A stretch of DNA of 64,000 nt from an uncultured Oscillospiraceae bacterium. Lineage in GTDB: Bacteria; Bacillota; Clostridia; Oscillospirales; Oscillospiraceae. The notes under the pieces were generated by a model. The model worked only from the letters and a program-made list of their open reading frames with translations, was not told where the DNA came from and did not search any database. How positions within the stretch are numbered: position 1 is the stretch's first letter; each line of letters starts with the position of its first letter. The stretch is from contig CANPYX010000004.1 in NCBI GenBank assembly GCA_947588955.1, forward strand, positions 6,421-70,420. Reading direction: 5' to 3'. Shown here in pieces: positions 44,857 to 54,265 of this stretch. A program made the translations under genes and the position numbers.

Positions 44857-44994
44857 ATGAATTGCTTTGGCGGTAACAATTGTCTGTGGATCATCCTCAT
44901 CATCATCGTCCTGTGCTGCTGCTGCGGCAACGGCAACGGCTGCGGCAACGACTGCGGCTGCGGCAATGGCAATGGCTGCGGCTGTGGCTGCTGA
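44857..44994 (+). CDS. 45-aa Cys/Gly/Asn-rich small membrane-anchored peptide
   Basis: Manual translation: MNCFGGNNCLWIILIIIVLCCCCGNGNGCGNDCGCGNGNGCGCGC. GGAG lies 7 nt upstream. Below the ORF-track cutoff. Confidence 0.45.
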   Translation: MNCFGGNNCLWIILIIIVLCCCCGNGNGCGNDCGCGNGNGCGCGC

Positions 44995-45002
44995 CGTCGT
45001 CG

Positions 45003-45238
45003 CGGAAGTCGCTTAACCTCGCCGCGAGGCATTCGCCAAAGGCGCCTGCCTCACGGCTCAGGCGCGGACTTCGCTCCTCCTCTCCCCACGCAAGCTCCGC
45101 TTGTGTGGGGACCCCAATGGCGAAAGCCGCTTAACCTCGCCGCGAGGCATTCGCCAAAGGCGCCTGCCTCACGGCTCAGGCGCGGACTTCGCTCCTCCTT
45201 CCCCCGCGCAAGCTCCGCTTGTGCGGGGACCCCGGAGC
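45003..45238. repeat. 2 x ~118-bp tandem direct repeat with internal hairpins
   Basis: GCTTAACCTCGCCGCGAGGCATTCGCCAAAGGCGCCTGCCTCACGGCTCAGGCGCGGACTTCGCTCCTCC... at 45011 and again at 45129, with few mismatches. Confidence 0.85.
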
Positions 45239-45268
45239 AAGCTACCGGATGCCCCCCTTATTGGGGGG

Positions 45269-45811
45269 CTATCCCACTAAGACCATATCCACGTTTACAT
45301 CATGGTCGTCGGTGGGGAGGTCGGGGAAAAGGGAGACGGAGCGGGCCACGGCGACCTTAACTCCACGGGTCTTGGGGAGGTATCTGTCGTAGTATCCCCC
45401 GCCTCTGCCAAGCCTTTTGCCCTCCGGGGTAAAGGCGGCTCCGGGGACCAGGATGAGGTCAAATTCCTCCGGCTCCATAAGCGGGCAGGCTTCGGCGGGT
45501 TCGGGTATCCCGTAGGGTCCGGGGACAAGCCGGGACAGCGAGGTTATCCTCCGCGCCTCCATGACGCCGGCGCCGGTTATCCTCGGCAGCGCCACGGCCT
45601 TTCCCGACGCCAGCGCCGATTCAATGACGGGACGCGTGTCCGGCTCCGCGCCGACGCCCAGGTAGAGAAACACCTTCTCCGCCCGCGAAAGCTCCGGCAG
45701 GGCAAGAAGCTTCTCCACAAGGGCGCGCCCGCTCTCCTCAAGCTGCCGCGCCGTGAGCGCGCGCTCCCTTTGGCGGACAAGCCCTCTCAGCTCAGCCTTG
45801 GTAAAAGTCAT
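45269..45811 (-). CDS. 5-formyltetrahydrofolate cyclo-ligase
   Basis: MTHFS-like length and GRGGGYYDRYL motif. Confidence 0.85.
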   Translation of the reverse strand: MTFTKAELRGLVRQRERALTARQLEESGRALVEKLLALPELSRAEKVFLYLGVGAEPDTRPVIESALASGKAVALPRITGAGVMEARRITSLSRLVPGPYGIPEPAEACPLMEPEEFDLILVPGAAFTPEGKRLGRGGGYYDRYLPKTRGVKVAVARSVSLFPDLPTDDHDVNVDMVLVG

Positions 45812-46346
45812 ACCTAATGGCGTCCGCCACCTTTTTCGCGGCGTCGGCGCCGCGAAGCTCCTTCACCAGGGCGAGGGCAAAATCCCAGGCGGTGCCGGCG
45901 GAGCGGGAGGTTATCACGTTCCCGTCCACCACTGCCCGCACGCCCGCCTTCACCCGCGCGCCGGTGAGCCCGTCCTCCATTCCGGGGTAGCACACCGCCG
46001 CCCGGTCCTCCAATATCCCCAGCATCGCCAGGACCGTGGGTCCCGCGCATATGGCGGCGACCTTTTTTCCCGCGCTGTAAGCCCTTCTGACGGCGTCCAG
46101 CGCCTCGGGGCTTGACTTTATGTTGTTCACGCCCCGAAGCCCTCCGGGGACCACCAGAGCCTCACAGCCGGAGGCGTCGATGTCCGCGAGAGCTATGTCG
46201 GCGGTCACGGTGAGCCCGTGGCTCGCCGTCACGGTCATTCCCGTGACGCCCACGTACTGCACCGGCACCCCAGCCCTTCTCAGGGCGTCGCCGGGGGCTA
46301 TGGCCTCCACGTCCTCAAATCCGTCTGCAAGGAGAATGTATACCAT
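45792..46346 (-). CDS. DJ-1/PfpI-family protein
   Basis: MVYILLADGFEDVEA...AAICAGP nucleophile elbow. The upstream part of the 388-aa track ORF is Arg/Gly-rich junk. Confidence 0.85.
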   Translation of the reverse strand: MVYILLADGFEDVEAIAPGDALRRAGVPVQYVGVTGMTVTASHGLTVTADIALADIDASGCEALVVPGGLRGVNNIKSSPEALDAVRRAYSAGKKVAAICAGPTVLAMLGILEDRAAVCYPGMEDGLTGARVKAGVRAVVDGNVITSRSAGTAWDFALALVKELRGADAAKKVADAIRYDFYQG

Positions 46347-46363
46347 TGAAAAAACCTCTTTCC

Positions 46364-47104
46364 TTATTTTCCCTTGAGCTTTTCGCCCAGCACACATATC
46401 ATGAACTGCGGGAGCTTCATCATCCGCCCTATGCGCCGGGGCTCCTTCATGAGCCTGTAAAGCCACTCCAGGTTCATTTTCTGCCACCTCTCCGGCGCGC
46501 GTTGGACGACGCCGGCGTACACGTCCAGGGAGCCGCCCAGCCCCGCCATGAGGCGGACGTTGAGCTTTTCCCGGTTTTCCGCCATCCAAAGCTCCTGCTT
46601 CGGCGCGCCCAGGCACACCAGCAAAAGGTCGGGGGAGGCGGCGTTTATCTTTTCGATCACCGCGCCGTCGTCCTTGAAGTAGCCGTCGTTCACTCCGGCG
46701 ATGACAAGGCCGGGGAACTCGCCGGCGAGCCTTTTGCCCGCCGCCTCCGCCACTCCGGGTTTGGCGCCCAGGAGAAAGACGCTCTTTCCCGCCTTTGCCA
46801 TCTCGCCGAAAAGCCTCAGCGCCCAGTCCGCGCCGGGCACCTTTTCCCTGAGGGGCGTACCGAGTATTTTTGCCCCGTAGATCACGCCTATCCCGTCGGG
46901 CAGGACCATGGACGCGCCGTTGACGGCGCTTTTCACGTCCTCGCGTTCCGCGCAGCACATGACTATCTCCGGATTGGGCGTCACAACGTATTCGCCCCTG
47001 CCGGAGGACAAAAGCTCCATCCCCCGCGCCACGGCCTCGTCCATTGTCACATTGTCAAATCCGACCCCCAGCACCTCAACGCGCATAAGCTCACCTCGAT
47101 ACAT
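46364..47104 (-). CDS. WecB/TagA/CpsF-family glycosyltransferase
   Basis: Family-typical VVTPNPEI...LPDGIG...FLLGA...EW..R pattern. Confidence 0.85.
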   Translation of the reverse strand: MYRGELMRVEVLGVGFDNVTMDEAVARGMELLSSGRGEYVVTPNPEIVMCCAEREDVKSAVNGASMVLPDGIGVIYGAKILGTPLREKVPGADWALRLFGEMAKAGKSVFLLGAKPGVAEAAGKRLAGEFPGLVIAGVNDGYFKDDGAVIEKINAASPDLLLVCLGAPKQELWMAENREKLNVRLMAGLGGSLDVYAGVVQRAPERWQKMNLEWLYRLMKEPRRIGRMMKLPQFMICVLGEKLKGK

Positions 47105-47239
47105 TATAAACTACACTATTTTACCACAGGCGGAGCAAAAGTCAAGGCGGATAAAGTGAATATTAACCGTTCCGGGGCGAAATAAAAACGGACCTGTGAA
47201 AACGGAGCGGGCGGCTCAGGTTTCACAGGTCCGTGGGAG

Positions 47240-48601
47240 CTATTTTTTGTCCTCGGCGCGCTCCTCTCCCTCCGGCTCGGAGGGGGGCTCGGTGGGCGCG
47301 CCGCCTTCGGCGGGCTTTTCGGGCTCCGGCGGAGCCTCGCCCTTTGTTTCCGAGGCCGCGGAGTGGTATGTGGGCTCCAGGGTCTCCGGGTCCACGTACT
47401 CAAGCCCGCGGTAGAAGTCCGTCCCCTCAGGCAGCGCCTTGCGGCGCAGGCGGCGGTTGTTGAGGCGGCGGAACAGGTTGTAGAGTATGGTGGTCACGGG
47501 CACCCCTATGACCATGCCCAGTATTCCGAAGAGGCCGCCGAAGAAGAGTATGGCGAACATTATCCAAAAGCCCGAAAGCCCAGTGCGGGAGGAGTGTATC
47601 TTGGGCTTGAGGATCTGGCCGTCTATCTGCTGGAGCACCAGGGTGAAGATGACGAAGATAAGCGCCTTTGTGGGGTTTTCCAGAAGTATCAGGAGCGTCG
47701 AGGGTATGGCGCCGATGAAGGGTCCGAAGACGGGGATGAGGTTTGTTATGCCCACGATTATGGACACCAGCACCGCGTAGGGCATACCCATTATGGTCAT
47801 GAAGATATAGTTTATGACGCCAACTATCAGGGAGTCGATGACTGTGCCCACTATGTAGTTGCCGAAGGCGTCGTTTATGAAGTCCAGCTCGCCCATTATG
47901 ACGTTGGAGGTCTTGACGTTGAAGACGGAGTAGACGGCCTTTTTCGCCTGAGCCGCGAAGGTCTCCTTGTTGTACATGACGTACACGGAGATGACGACGC
48001 CTATGAACAAATCGATTATGGTGCCGACCACGGATATGACCCCGCCGGTGATGCTGGTGAGAATGGTGCCCAGCTGTGAAAGGACGTTGTTTTCAAGCCA
48101 GCCCACTATCTTGTCGGAGATGGTGTTCAGCCATTTGACGGCGACCTGCTCCCAGTCCTGCCCGTCAAAGGAACTCTCCAGCCACTCCTTGGCTATGTTC
48201 AGGTAGTTTTCGGAATTGGATACTATCTTGACAACGCTGGAATAGAGCTCCGGAAGCACTATGGCGAGGAGCCCGAAAATAAGCCCCAGGAACACCAGCA
48301 GCGTCACGATTATGGAGAATATCCGCGCCGCCTTTTTCGCCTTCACCGGGCTCTTTTTAAAGAGCTTTGGCGTCAGCTTCAAAAAGACGCGGGTCTCGAA
48401 TATGTTGAGCACCTTGTTGAGGAGATAGGCGATGCAAAAGCCGTAGATAACCGGCATGAGCGCCGATACGATGAGGCGCAGTATCCGCCTGAAGCCGTTC
48501 CAGGTGTTAAGGACCCAGAAGAAGGCTATGCTCGCCACCACCACGCAAAAGGCGGTGACGCCCCAATAGAGGTACTTTTTATCCCACTTGAAATTTTTCA
48601 T
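47240..48601 (-). CDS. AI-2E family transporter (PerM-like permease)
   Basis: Multi-TM protein with AI-2E-like motifs. Start at MKNFKWDKK (GGGGGAG RBS). Confidence 0.85.
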   Translation of the reverse strand: MKNFKWDKKYLYWGVTAFCVVVASIAFFWVLNTWNGFRRILRLIVSALMPVIYGFCIAYLLNKVLNIFETRVFLKLTPKLFKKSPVKAKKAARIFSIIVTLLVFLGLIFGLLAIVLPELYSSVVKIVSNSENYLNIAKEWLESSFDGQDWEQVAVKWLNTISDKIVGWLENNVLSQLGTILTSITGGVISVVGTIIDLFIGVVISVYVMYNKETFAAQAKKAVYSVFNVKTSNVIMGELDFINDAFGNYIVGTVIDSLIVGVINYIFMTIMGMPYAVLVSIIVGITNLIPVFGPFIGAIPSTLLILLENPTKALIFVIFTLVLQQIDGQILKPKIHSSRTGLSGFWIMFAILFFGGLFGILGMVIGVPVTTILYNLFRRLNNRRLRRKALPEGTDFYRGLEYVDPETLEPTYHSAASETKGEAPPEPEKPAEGGAPTEPPSEPEGEERAEDKK

Positions 48602-48656
48602 ATGCTCCCCCTTGCCCCTCCCTGCGGGCATCGCGGCGCCTGCCGCGGATGAAGGC

Positions 48657-48902
48657 TCAAAGCGGCAGCTCCCGGTACATGGACGCCGCGTCGTCCTTTC
48701 GGACGGTCTCCTGGGTGGAGGTGACCTCCACACGGACCTTTTTCGCCCCGAAGGACATCTCGATTATATCCCCGACCTTTATCTCCTTGGAGGGCTTTGC
48801 CACGGTCCCGTTGACGGTGACCCTGCCGCCGTCGGCTGCCTGCGCGGCGACGGTGCGGCGCTTTATAAGCCGGGAGACCTTCAGGTATTTGTCCAGTCTC
48901 AT
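48657..48902 (-). CDS. S4-domain RNA-binding protein (YabO/Hsp15-like)
   Basis: MRLDKYLKVSRLIKRRTVA S4 motif. GGAGGAA RBS. Confidence 0.8.
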   Translation of the reverse strand: MRLDKYLKVSRLIKRRTVAAQAADGGRVTVNGTVAKPSKEIKVGDIIEMSFGAKKVRVEVTSTQETVRKDDAASMYRELPL

Positions 48903-48944
48903 GCTTGTTCCTCCGAAATCAAATGGCGTCAGTGACGCGCGACC

Positions 48945-48990
48945 GGCAAAAAATGCCAAAAATGCGATTTTGCCCGGAGAAACCGGGCAA
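48945..48990 (-). terminator. hairpin plus T-run downstream of hup
   Basis: On the - strand: TTGCCCGG-TTTCT-CCGGGCAA followed by a T-rich tract. Confidence 0.5.
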
Positions 48991-49054
48991 AGTCCCGGAG
49001 GCCGCCGGAAAGGGGCCCCCGGTTTTTTCAGTTGGATTACTGTTTTATAAGGAA

Positions 49055-49330
49055 TTACTCGGCGATGGTGTCCTTGAGAGCCTTGCCGGCCTTGAACTGG
49101 GGAATACGGGTGGCGGGAATGCTGATCTCCTGCTTGGTCTGGGGGTTGCGGCCGATGCGGGCGGCGCGCTCCTTGACCTCAAAAGCGCCGAAGCCCACCA
49201 GGGTGACCTTGTCGCCGGCCTTGAGAGCCTCAACGATGGAGTCCACAACGGCGTTGACGGCCTTGTCGGAATCCTTCTTGGAGAGACCTGTTTTCTCAGC
49301 GACCACGCTGATAAGTTCTGTCTTGTTCAT
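49055..49330 (-). CDS. hup: DNA-binding protein HU
   Basis: MNKTELI...[20 protein letters not shown] canonical HU sequence. Confidence 0.95.
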   Translation of the reverse strand: MNKTELISVVAEKTGLSKKDSDKAVNAVVDSIVEALKAGDKVTLVGFGAFEVKERAARIGRNPQTKQEISIPATRIPQFKAGKALKDTIAE

Positions 49331-49399
49331 AATTGTTTTTTCCTCCTGAGTTTTCCCTTTCGGGAAATGTATTTATATCTTAAAGGGTCTTGCGGCCCT

Positions 49400-50188
49400 T
49401 TAAATCGATTTGACCTCCTCCCAGAGCTTGTCAAGCTCCGAGAGGTCCAGCTCCTCCGGCTTTTTCCCGCGGCTTGCAGCCAAAGCCTCCATTTTGGAAA
49501 AGCGGGAGATGAACTTATCGCAGGCGCTCCGAAGCGCCTCCTCCGGGTCCGCCTTCAAAAAGCGGGCGACGTTCACGCAGGAGAAGAGCAGGTCCCCCAG
49601 CTCCTCGCACGCGCCGGAGCCTGAGGCGACGGCATCGCGCAGCTCCGCTGCCTCCTCGTCTATTTTATCCAGCGCGCCGGCGATTGAATCCCAATCGAAC
49701 CCGGCTTTCGCGGCTTTTTTCTGGATCTTTTCCGCCCGCCAAAGCGCCGGCAGGCTCTTGGCCACGCTCTCCAGGGAGCTGGTGACCGTCGCCTGGTGCT
49801 TTTCCACGCGCTTAATTTTGTCCCAGTTTTGCAAAACCTCGGCGGAATCGGCGACGGACACGTCACCGAAAACGTGGGGGTGGCGCAAAATGAGCTTTTT
49901 GCAAACCCCGTCCGCCACGGCGTCCAGGTCATAGCGGCCCGCGTCCTCCTCTAAGCTTGCATGGAACACCACCTGGAGCAGCACGTCCCCCAGCTCCTCC
50001 CTGAGGTGCTCAGGACTGCCCTCGTCGATGGCCTCCACCACCTCGTAGACCTCCTCGATGAACTCCCGCCTTATGGACTCGTGGGTCTGCTCCCTGTCCC
50101 AGGGACAGCCCCCCTCGCCCCGGAGTATCTTAACGATGTGTCTCAAATCTGACACATCATAGGTGGTTTTGTATTCAAAATCTATCAT
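49400..50188 (-). CDS. mazG: MazG nucleoside triphosphate pyrophosphohydrolase
   Basis: Tandem MazG domains (EEVYEVVEAIDE, ELGDVLLQV; second EEAAEL...ELGDLLF). Confidence 0.9.
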   Translation of the reverse strand: MIDFEYKTTYDVSDLRHIVKILRGEGGCPWDREQTHESIRREFIEEVYEVVEAIDEGSPEHLREELGDVLLQVVFHASLEEDAGRYDLDAVADGVCKKLILRHPHVFGDVSVADSAEVLQNWDKIKRVEKHQATVTSSLESVAKSLPALWRAEKIQKKAAKAGFDWDSIAGALDKIDEEAAELRDAVASGSGACEELGDLLFSCVNVARFLKADPEEALRSACDKFISRFSKMEALAASRGKKPEELDLSELDKLWEEVKSI

Positions 50189-50232
50189 ATTTTCTCCTCG
50201 GTTGCAAGTAAAAAATGAATAAATCCGTGACT

Positions 50233-51849
50233 TTAGCTCAATTTCAGCAATTTCGCCAGTTTATTACCCTTCGGAAGGAGCAAAATGTCCTCCTTTGTCA
50301 CCGCCCGCAGGGCGATTATCAGCACCGCGTAGACCAAAACGGCGATTATGACCGCCAGCGCCAGGCAGATAATTCCTGCCAGCCTGCCGCCGCCCAACAG
50401 GGGAAGAAGGTATTTTTCGGAAAGCCCGTAAACCCCCCAGGCGGCGCCGCCCATCAAAAGCGCGCACACCAGCGGGCGGAAGGTTATCTTGAAATAGTTG
50501 GGCCGCTCCGGAAGCTTCACCGTCAAAAATATGACGTTGAGGGCGGTTATCACCATGTAGCACACTATGGTCCCGATGGGGGCGCCCAGTATGTTTATCC
50601 TCGGATCGCCCACCAGGATGTAGTTCACCGCAACCTTGAATATCCCGCCCACGGGCATCGACAGCAGCGCCAGCCACTCAAAGCCCGACGCCTGCAAAAT
50701 GCCGTTGGTGATGATGTAGGTGCAGACGAACCAGGAGGCTATGCCCAAAAGCGACAGGAGCACGGGGCCGTTTTCGTTGGAGCCGGGGAAGAACACGTTG
50801 AAGATGGGCGTTGACAACACCGCCAGACCCACGGCGGCGGGCATCCCCAAAAGGTTCGTGAGCTTCATGCTGGACTCCATGGTGCTCTGGGACTGTTCCC
50901 GTTGACCCGACGCCACGGCACCGGCGATGACGGGCACCACCGCCATGGAGATGGGTGTTATGAAGCTGGTGGGGAGGGTGAAGAGCGTCACGCCCTTGGA
51001 GTAGACGCCCCAGAGCGTGTCCACCGTCTCCTGGGCAAAGCCCGCGGAGCTCAAAAGCCGCTCCCTGATGAAGTGGGTGTCGATGAGGTTGAAGAAGTTG
51101 AGCACCGAGGCGCTCACGGTGATGGGTATGCTGACCTTCAGTATCTTGCCCAGCGTCGCCATACATGAGTCGGGTTTGTCAAGATTCAGCGTCATTGGCG
51201 CGCGGCGGGCTATCCTTCTGCACAGCCCCCACACCACGGGCACGTCCAGTGTTATCCCGATGGTGACGCCCACAATGGCTCCCGCGGCGATGGTCGCCAC
51301 GTCCGAGCCGATGCTCTTGAGGTACCAGGCGATGGCGAGCCCGAAAATCAGCTTGCACATGACCTCGATTATCTGGCTTATGGCTGTGGGGAGCATTTCG
51401 CTGTGCCCCTGGGCGTAGCCCCGCTGTACCGCCAGTATGCACCCGAAGAAGACGGCGGGGGCGAGGAGCCGCACCCCCAGAACCACCTCCGGGTCCTTCA
51501 TGAACTCCGCAAGCTCCGGCGCCCAGAACACCATGGCGGCGGAGCCGGCGAGCCCTATTATCCCGAAGGACACCAGCGCCACACGGTAGTACCGCCGCGC
51601 CTGCATGGGGCGTGAGGTGGCCCGCGCCTCGGATATGAGCCGGGATATGGCCATGGGTATGCCCGCCGTGGTGACTATGAGAATGAGGCTATATATGTTG
51701 TAGGTGACGTTGAAGTGCCCCGTTCCCGCGTCCCCCAGGAGGTTGAAAAGGGGTATCTTGTATATCGCGCCAACAACCTTGGTGAGGGCGACGGCGGCGG
51801 CGAGTATCGCCGCTCCGGTGAGGTAATTTGCTTTTTTGGGTTCAGCCAA
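50233..51849 (-). CDS. MOP-superfamily flippase (YabM/SpoVB/MurJ-like)
   Basis: ~14 TM protein. N-terminus KANYLTGAAILAAAVALTKVVGAIYKIPL. Synteny with mazG-S4 as in Bacillus yabM-yabN-yabO. TTG start proposed. Confidence 0.8.
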   Translation of the reverse strand: MAEPKKANYLTGAAILAAAVALTKVVGAIYKIPLFNLLGDAGTGHFNVTYNIYSLILIVTTAGIPMAISRLISEARATSRPMQARRYYRVALVSFGIIGLAGSAAMVFWAPELAEFMKDPEVVLGVRLLAPAVFFGCILAVQRGYAQGHSEMLPTAISQIIEVMCKLIFGLAIAWYLKSIGSDVATIAAGAIVGVTIGITLDVPVVWGLCRRIARRAPMTLNLDKPDSCMATLGKILKVSIPITVSASVLNFFNLIDTHFIRERLLSSAGFAQETVDTLWGVYSKGVTLFTLPTSFITPISMAVVPVIAGAVASGQREQSQSTMESSMKLTNLLGMPAAVGLAVLSTPIFNVFFPGSNENGPVLLSLLGIASWFVCTYIITNGILQASGFEWLALLSMPVGGIFKVAVNYILVGDPRINILGAPIGTIVCYMVITALNVIFLTVKLPERPNYFKITFRPLVCALLMGGAAWGVYGLSEKYLLPLLGGGRLAGIICLALAVIIAVLVYAVLIIALRAVTKEDILLLPKGNKLAKLLKLS

Positions 51850-52077
51850 TGGGATCGTCCTCTCAATAAAGTGGGGCAAAGCCGGAAAAGCCCCCTGTCC
51901 AAATCTATTCACGTCCACGCCATTTTACACCGTAACCGGGCGAAAATCAAGGGCGCAAATAAATATCGCGCCCATAACCTGTAAAAATTATATAAAAATT
52001 ACACGCCTTTCCCTGTTTTTTGCAGTTATGTAACCCGCCGGGGGCGGTCCACGGGGCTGCGGCGTTTACATAAGCCT

Positions 52078-52107
52078 TGTGGAAAACTCTGTGGAAAATG
52101 TGTAAAA
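52078..52107. promoter_or_regulatory. cluster of three DnaA-box-like 9-mers
   Basis: TGTGGAAAA, TGTGGAAAA and TGTGTAAAA at 52078, 52090 and 52099 (8/9, 8/9 and 7/9 matches to TGTGGATAA). Confidence 0.4.
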
Positions 52108-52200
52108 CCCCGTGTTTCAAGGGAATTTTTCCGCCTTCGGGGGGTGTGGGAAACGTGAGGACAGACGAAATATGTCGAATTTGCCGGATAACGGGTTTTG

Positions 52201-53199
52201 TCAACCTTGCCTCTCCCGGCGCAGGCGGCGGATGTCGGTCCCCTCAAATTTTACCAGGCTGTACTCCCCGGTGAGGCGCGACATTATCGCCGGAGTGTAT
52301 CGGCTTTGGAGGTCCGGGAAGGAGAGGTTCGAGCTTATCACCGTCTTTTTCCCCCCTGTGAGGCGTGAGTTTATGAGCGTGTACAGGGCGCTCACCGTGG
52401 GCGCCGTTGGGTACTCGGTGCCCAGGTCGTCGAGTATCAGAAGGTCGCAGCTCTCAAGCCGCCTTATCTCCCCGCGCAGCTCCTCGATGTCGCCCCTGCC
52501 GAAGCGTTCCGCGTCGTATTTTGAAAGCGCGCTCACCGCCGTCTCGTAGACCACCGAGAAGCCGCGCTGGGCGACGGTCCTGGCGATGCAGGCGGAGAGG
52601 AAGGTCTTCCCCAGCCCCGGCGCGCCGGAGAGGAAGAGGTTGGGGGAGGTGTCCGGCGAGAACCTGGTGGCGTAGATGAGGCACGTCTCGTAGGCCGTCT
52701 CCATTATCCTCCTGGGCGACATGCCCGTGGCGGGGTCGGGCTCCGTGGAGTAGTAGCCTAAGTCAAAGCTGTCAAATGTCTCCTCGCCCAGCTTCAAAAG
52801 GGCCGAGAGCTCCTTTGCCTGCTGAGCCCTGTATATGTCCATGAGGCAGTGGCATATGTCCGTCCCCAGGCTTCCCGTGTCCCGGCAGTCGGGGCACATG
52901 TATTTGTCGTCCAGGTAGTCCAGGGGCAGACCCATGCGGGCAAGCTCCAGCCCCCGCCGCTCCTGGAGGTCCAAATTCTCCTCACGGACGGACTCAATCA
53001 CCTCCCTGGCGTCCCCGCCGCCGATAGCGGCGCCGATGGCGGATACCATCGTCTCGTGTATCCTCCTGTCTATCTCCCGTATCCTGGGGTTCCTGGCGTA
53101 TACCTCCTGACGCCTGCGCTCGGCCTCCGCCTCGTTTTCCCGGCGGCGGCGGGCAAGCTCGTCCCTGGCCTTCGCCAGAAGCTTTCCGTCAAGGCTCAT
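52201..53199 (-). CDS. DnaC/DnaI-like helicase loader ATPase
   Basis: Walker A GAPGLGKTFLS, LLILDDLG Walker B, and an N-terminal zinc-binding CPDCRDTG. Confidence 0.85.
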   Translation of the reverse strand: MSLDGKLLAKARDELARRRRENEAEAERRRQEVYARNPRIREIDRRIHETMVSAIGAAIGGGDAREVIESVREENLDLQERRGLELARMGLPLDYLDDKYMCPDCRDTGSLGTDICHCLMDIYRAQQAKELSALLKLGEETFDSFDLGYYSTEPDPATGMSPRRIMETAYETCLIYATRFSPDTSPNLFLSGAPGLGKTFLSACIARTVAQRGFSVVYETAVSALSKYDAERFGRGDIEELRGEIRRLESCDLLILDDLGTEYPTAPTVSALYTLINSRLTGGKKTVISSNLSFPDLQSRYTPAIMSRLTGEYSLVKFEGTDIRRLRRERQG

Positions 53200-54182
53200 T
53201 TGCTCTCCCCCTTCAGCTTTCTCAGCGTCTCCTGCATCTGCTCATATTCCCTGGCGGTGGTGCGCCCGCCGCCCCCGGCCTTGCTTTGGGACTTGGGGGC
53301 GCGTATCTGCGCCGGCGCGTCGCCCGCCTCTATCTCCTTCGCGGTGTGGAGCCCCTTGGAGTGCCAGCTTTGGAGTATGGAGTCCATGTACCGCCAGGTG
53401 AGCCGCCCGGTCTTTACCACCGTCCTGTCGTAGGCTATCGCCACGGCGTCCCGGTCAAAGCCCATCTGCGCCCACGCGTCCAGATATTTCCGCTCCGTCA
53501 CGGAAAGCGCCCTGCCGCTTATGCCGATGGCCCCGGCAAGCTCCCGCTCCCCCTCGTTTATGGCGCTCCGGCGCTTCATGTACTCCTCCGCCGCCTCGCA
53601 GGAGAAGACCCCCTCCCGCTCCCAGGCGTAGGCCTCCTTCTCGATGTACCGCATGGAGGGCCGCCGCCCCGGACCTGAGCGCCCTTCGTACTCGCTGACG
53701 CACCAGCCAACCAGCGTCATTATCACCTCCGGCGGCAGGCGCAGGTAGTCGTATATCCCGAAAAGCGTGCGCAGGTTCTCCGAGGAGAGCGTCGTCCCCA
53801 GCGCCTTTTGCACCTCGTCCACCAGCGCGGGGAAAGTCCCGCCGTTTTTGACCTCCCGCTCTATGTCCTCGGCGGTGTAGGAGGGCATCTCCTCGCTCCG
53901 CTCCGGCGCCGCCGGCGCCCTTTTGTCCCGCCGGGATACAAGCCCCAGCCTTTCAAGGACGTCCATCGCGCCCTCCACCTGGGCGGGGCTCCTGTGTATG
54001 GCGGCGGAGGCGTCATTCGGCTCGAACCTGCCGCCGCAGGTGAGGATATATATGTACAGCAGCGCCGCGTCCCCGCTTGCGCCGCCCAGGAGCCTCGCCG
54101 CCGCGTCCCTGGACATGGTAATGCTCCCCACCTCCGGCAGCACATACTCTCCCGCCATATTCTCCCCTCCCTCCGGTGACAA
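53196..54182 (-). CDS. DnaD-domain replication initiation protein
   Basis: DnaD/DnaB-type repeat domains. Translationally coupled to the loader gene. Confidence 0.75.
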   Translation of the reverse strand: MSPEGGENMAGEYVLPEVGSITMSRDAAARLLGGASGDAALLYIYILTCGGRFEPNDASAAIHRSPAQVEGAMDVLERLGLVSRRDKRAPAAPERSEEMPSYTAEDIEREVKNGGTFPALVDEVQKALGTTLSSENLRTLFGIYDYLRLPPEVIMTLVGWCVSEYEGRSGPGRRPSMRYIEKEAYAWEREGVFSCEAAEEYMKRRSAINEGERELAGAIGISGRALSVTERKYLDAWAQMGFDRDAVAIAYDRTVVKTGRLTWRYMDSILQSWHSKGLHTAKEIEAGDAPAQIRAPKSQSKAGGGGRTTAREYEQMQETLRKLKGESK

Positions 54183-54188
54183 AATAAT

Positions 54189-54223
54189 CTGCTATAACAT
54201 CCGTGCTGCGGATATTATAGCAG
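54189..54223. repeat. hairpin CTGCTATAACATCCG-N5-CGGATATTATAGCAG
   Basis: Shares the 14-mer CGGATATTATAGCA with 57406-57419. Confidence 0.7.
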
Positions 54224-54265
54224 ATAATTTCCTTTAATACAACACCCTTTGCCCTTTTTTGACGC

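Noticed and set aside
44820-45032. 70-aa - strand ORF (PQPQPLPLPQ...).
   Set aside because: It is a low-complexity translation of the antisense of the Cys/Gly codon repeat. The + strand 45-aa ORF has an RBS and a coherent TM-plus-Cys-tail architecture.
45003-45238. Possible CRISPR array, because of direct repeats.
   Set aside because: Only two ~118-bp units in direct tandem with no spacers. The 12-bp repeats at 12145 are also spacerless. No cas genes in the window.
45792-46958. 388-aa ORF as a single gene.
   Set aside because: The N-terminal ~200 aa are Arg/Gly-rich and overlap the TagA-like gene on the same strand in another frame. The DJ-1 domain starts at Met 46346 with its own RBS.
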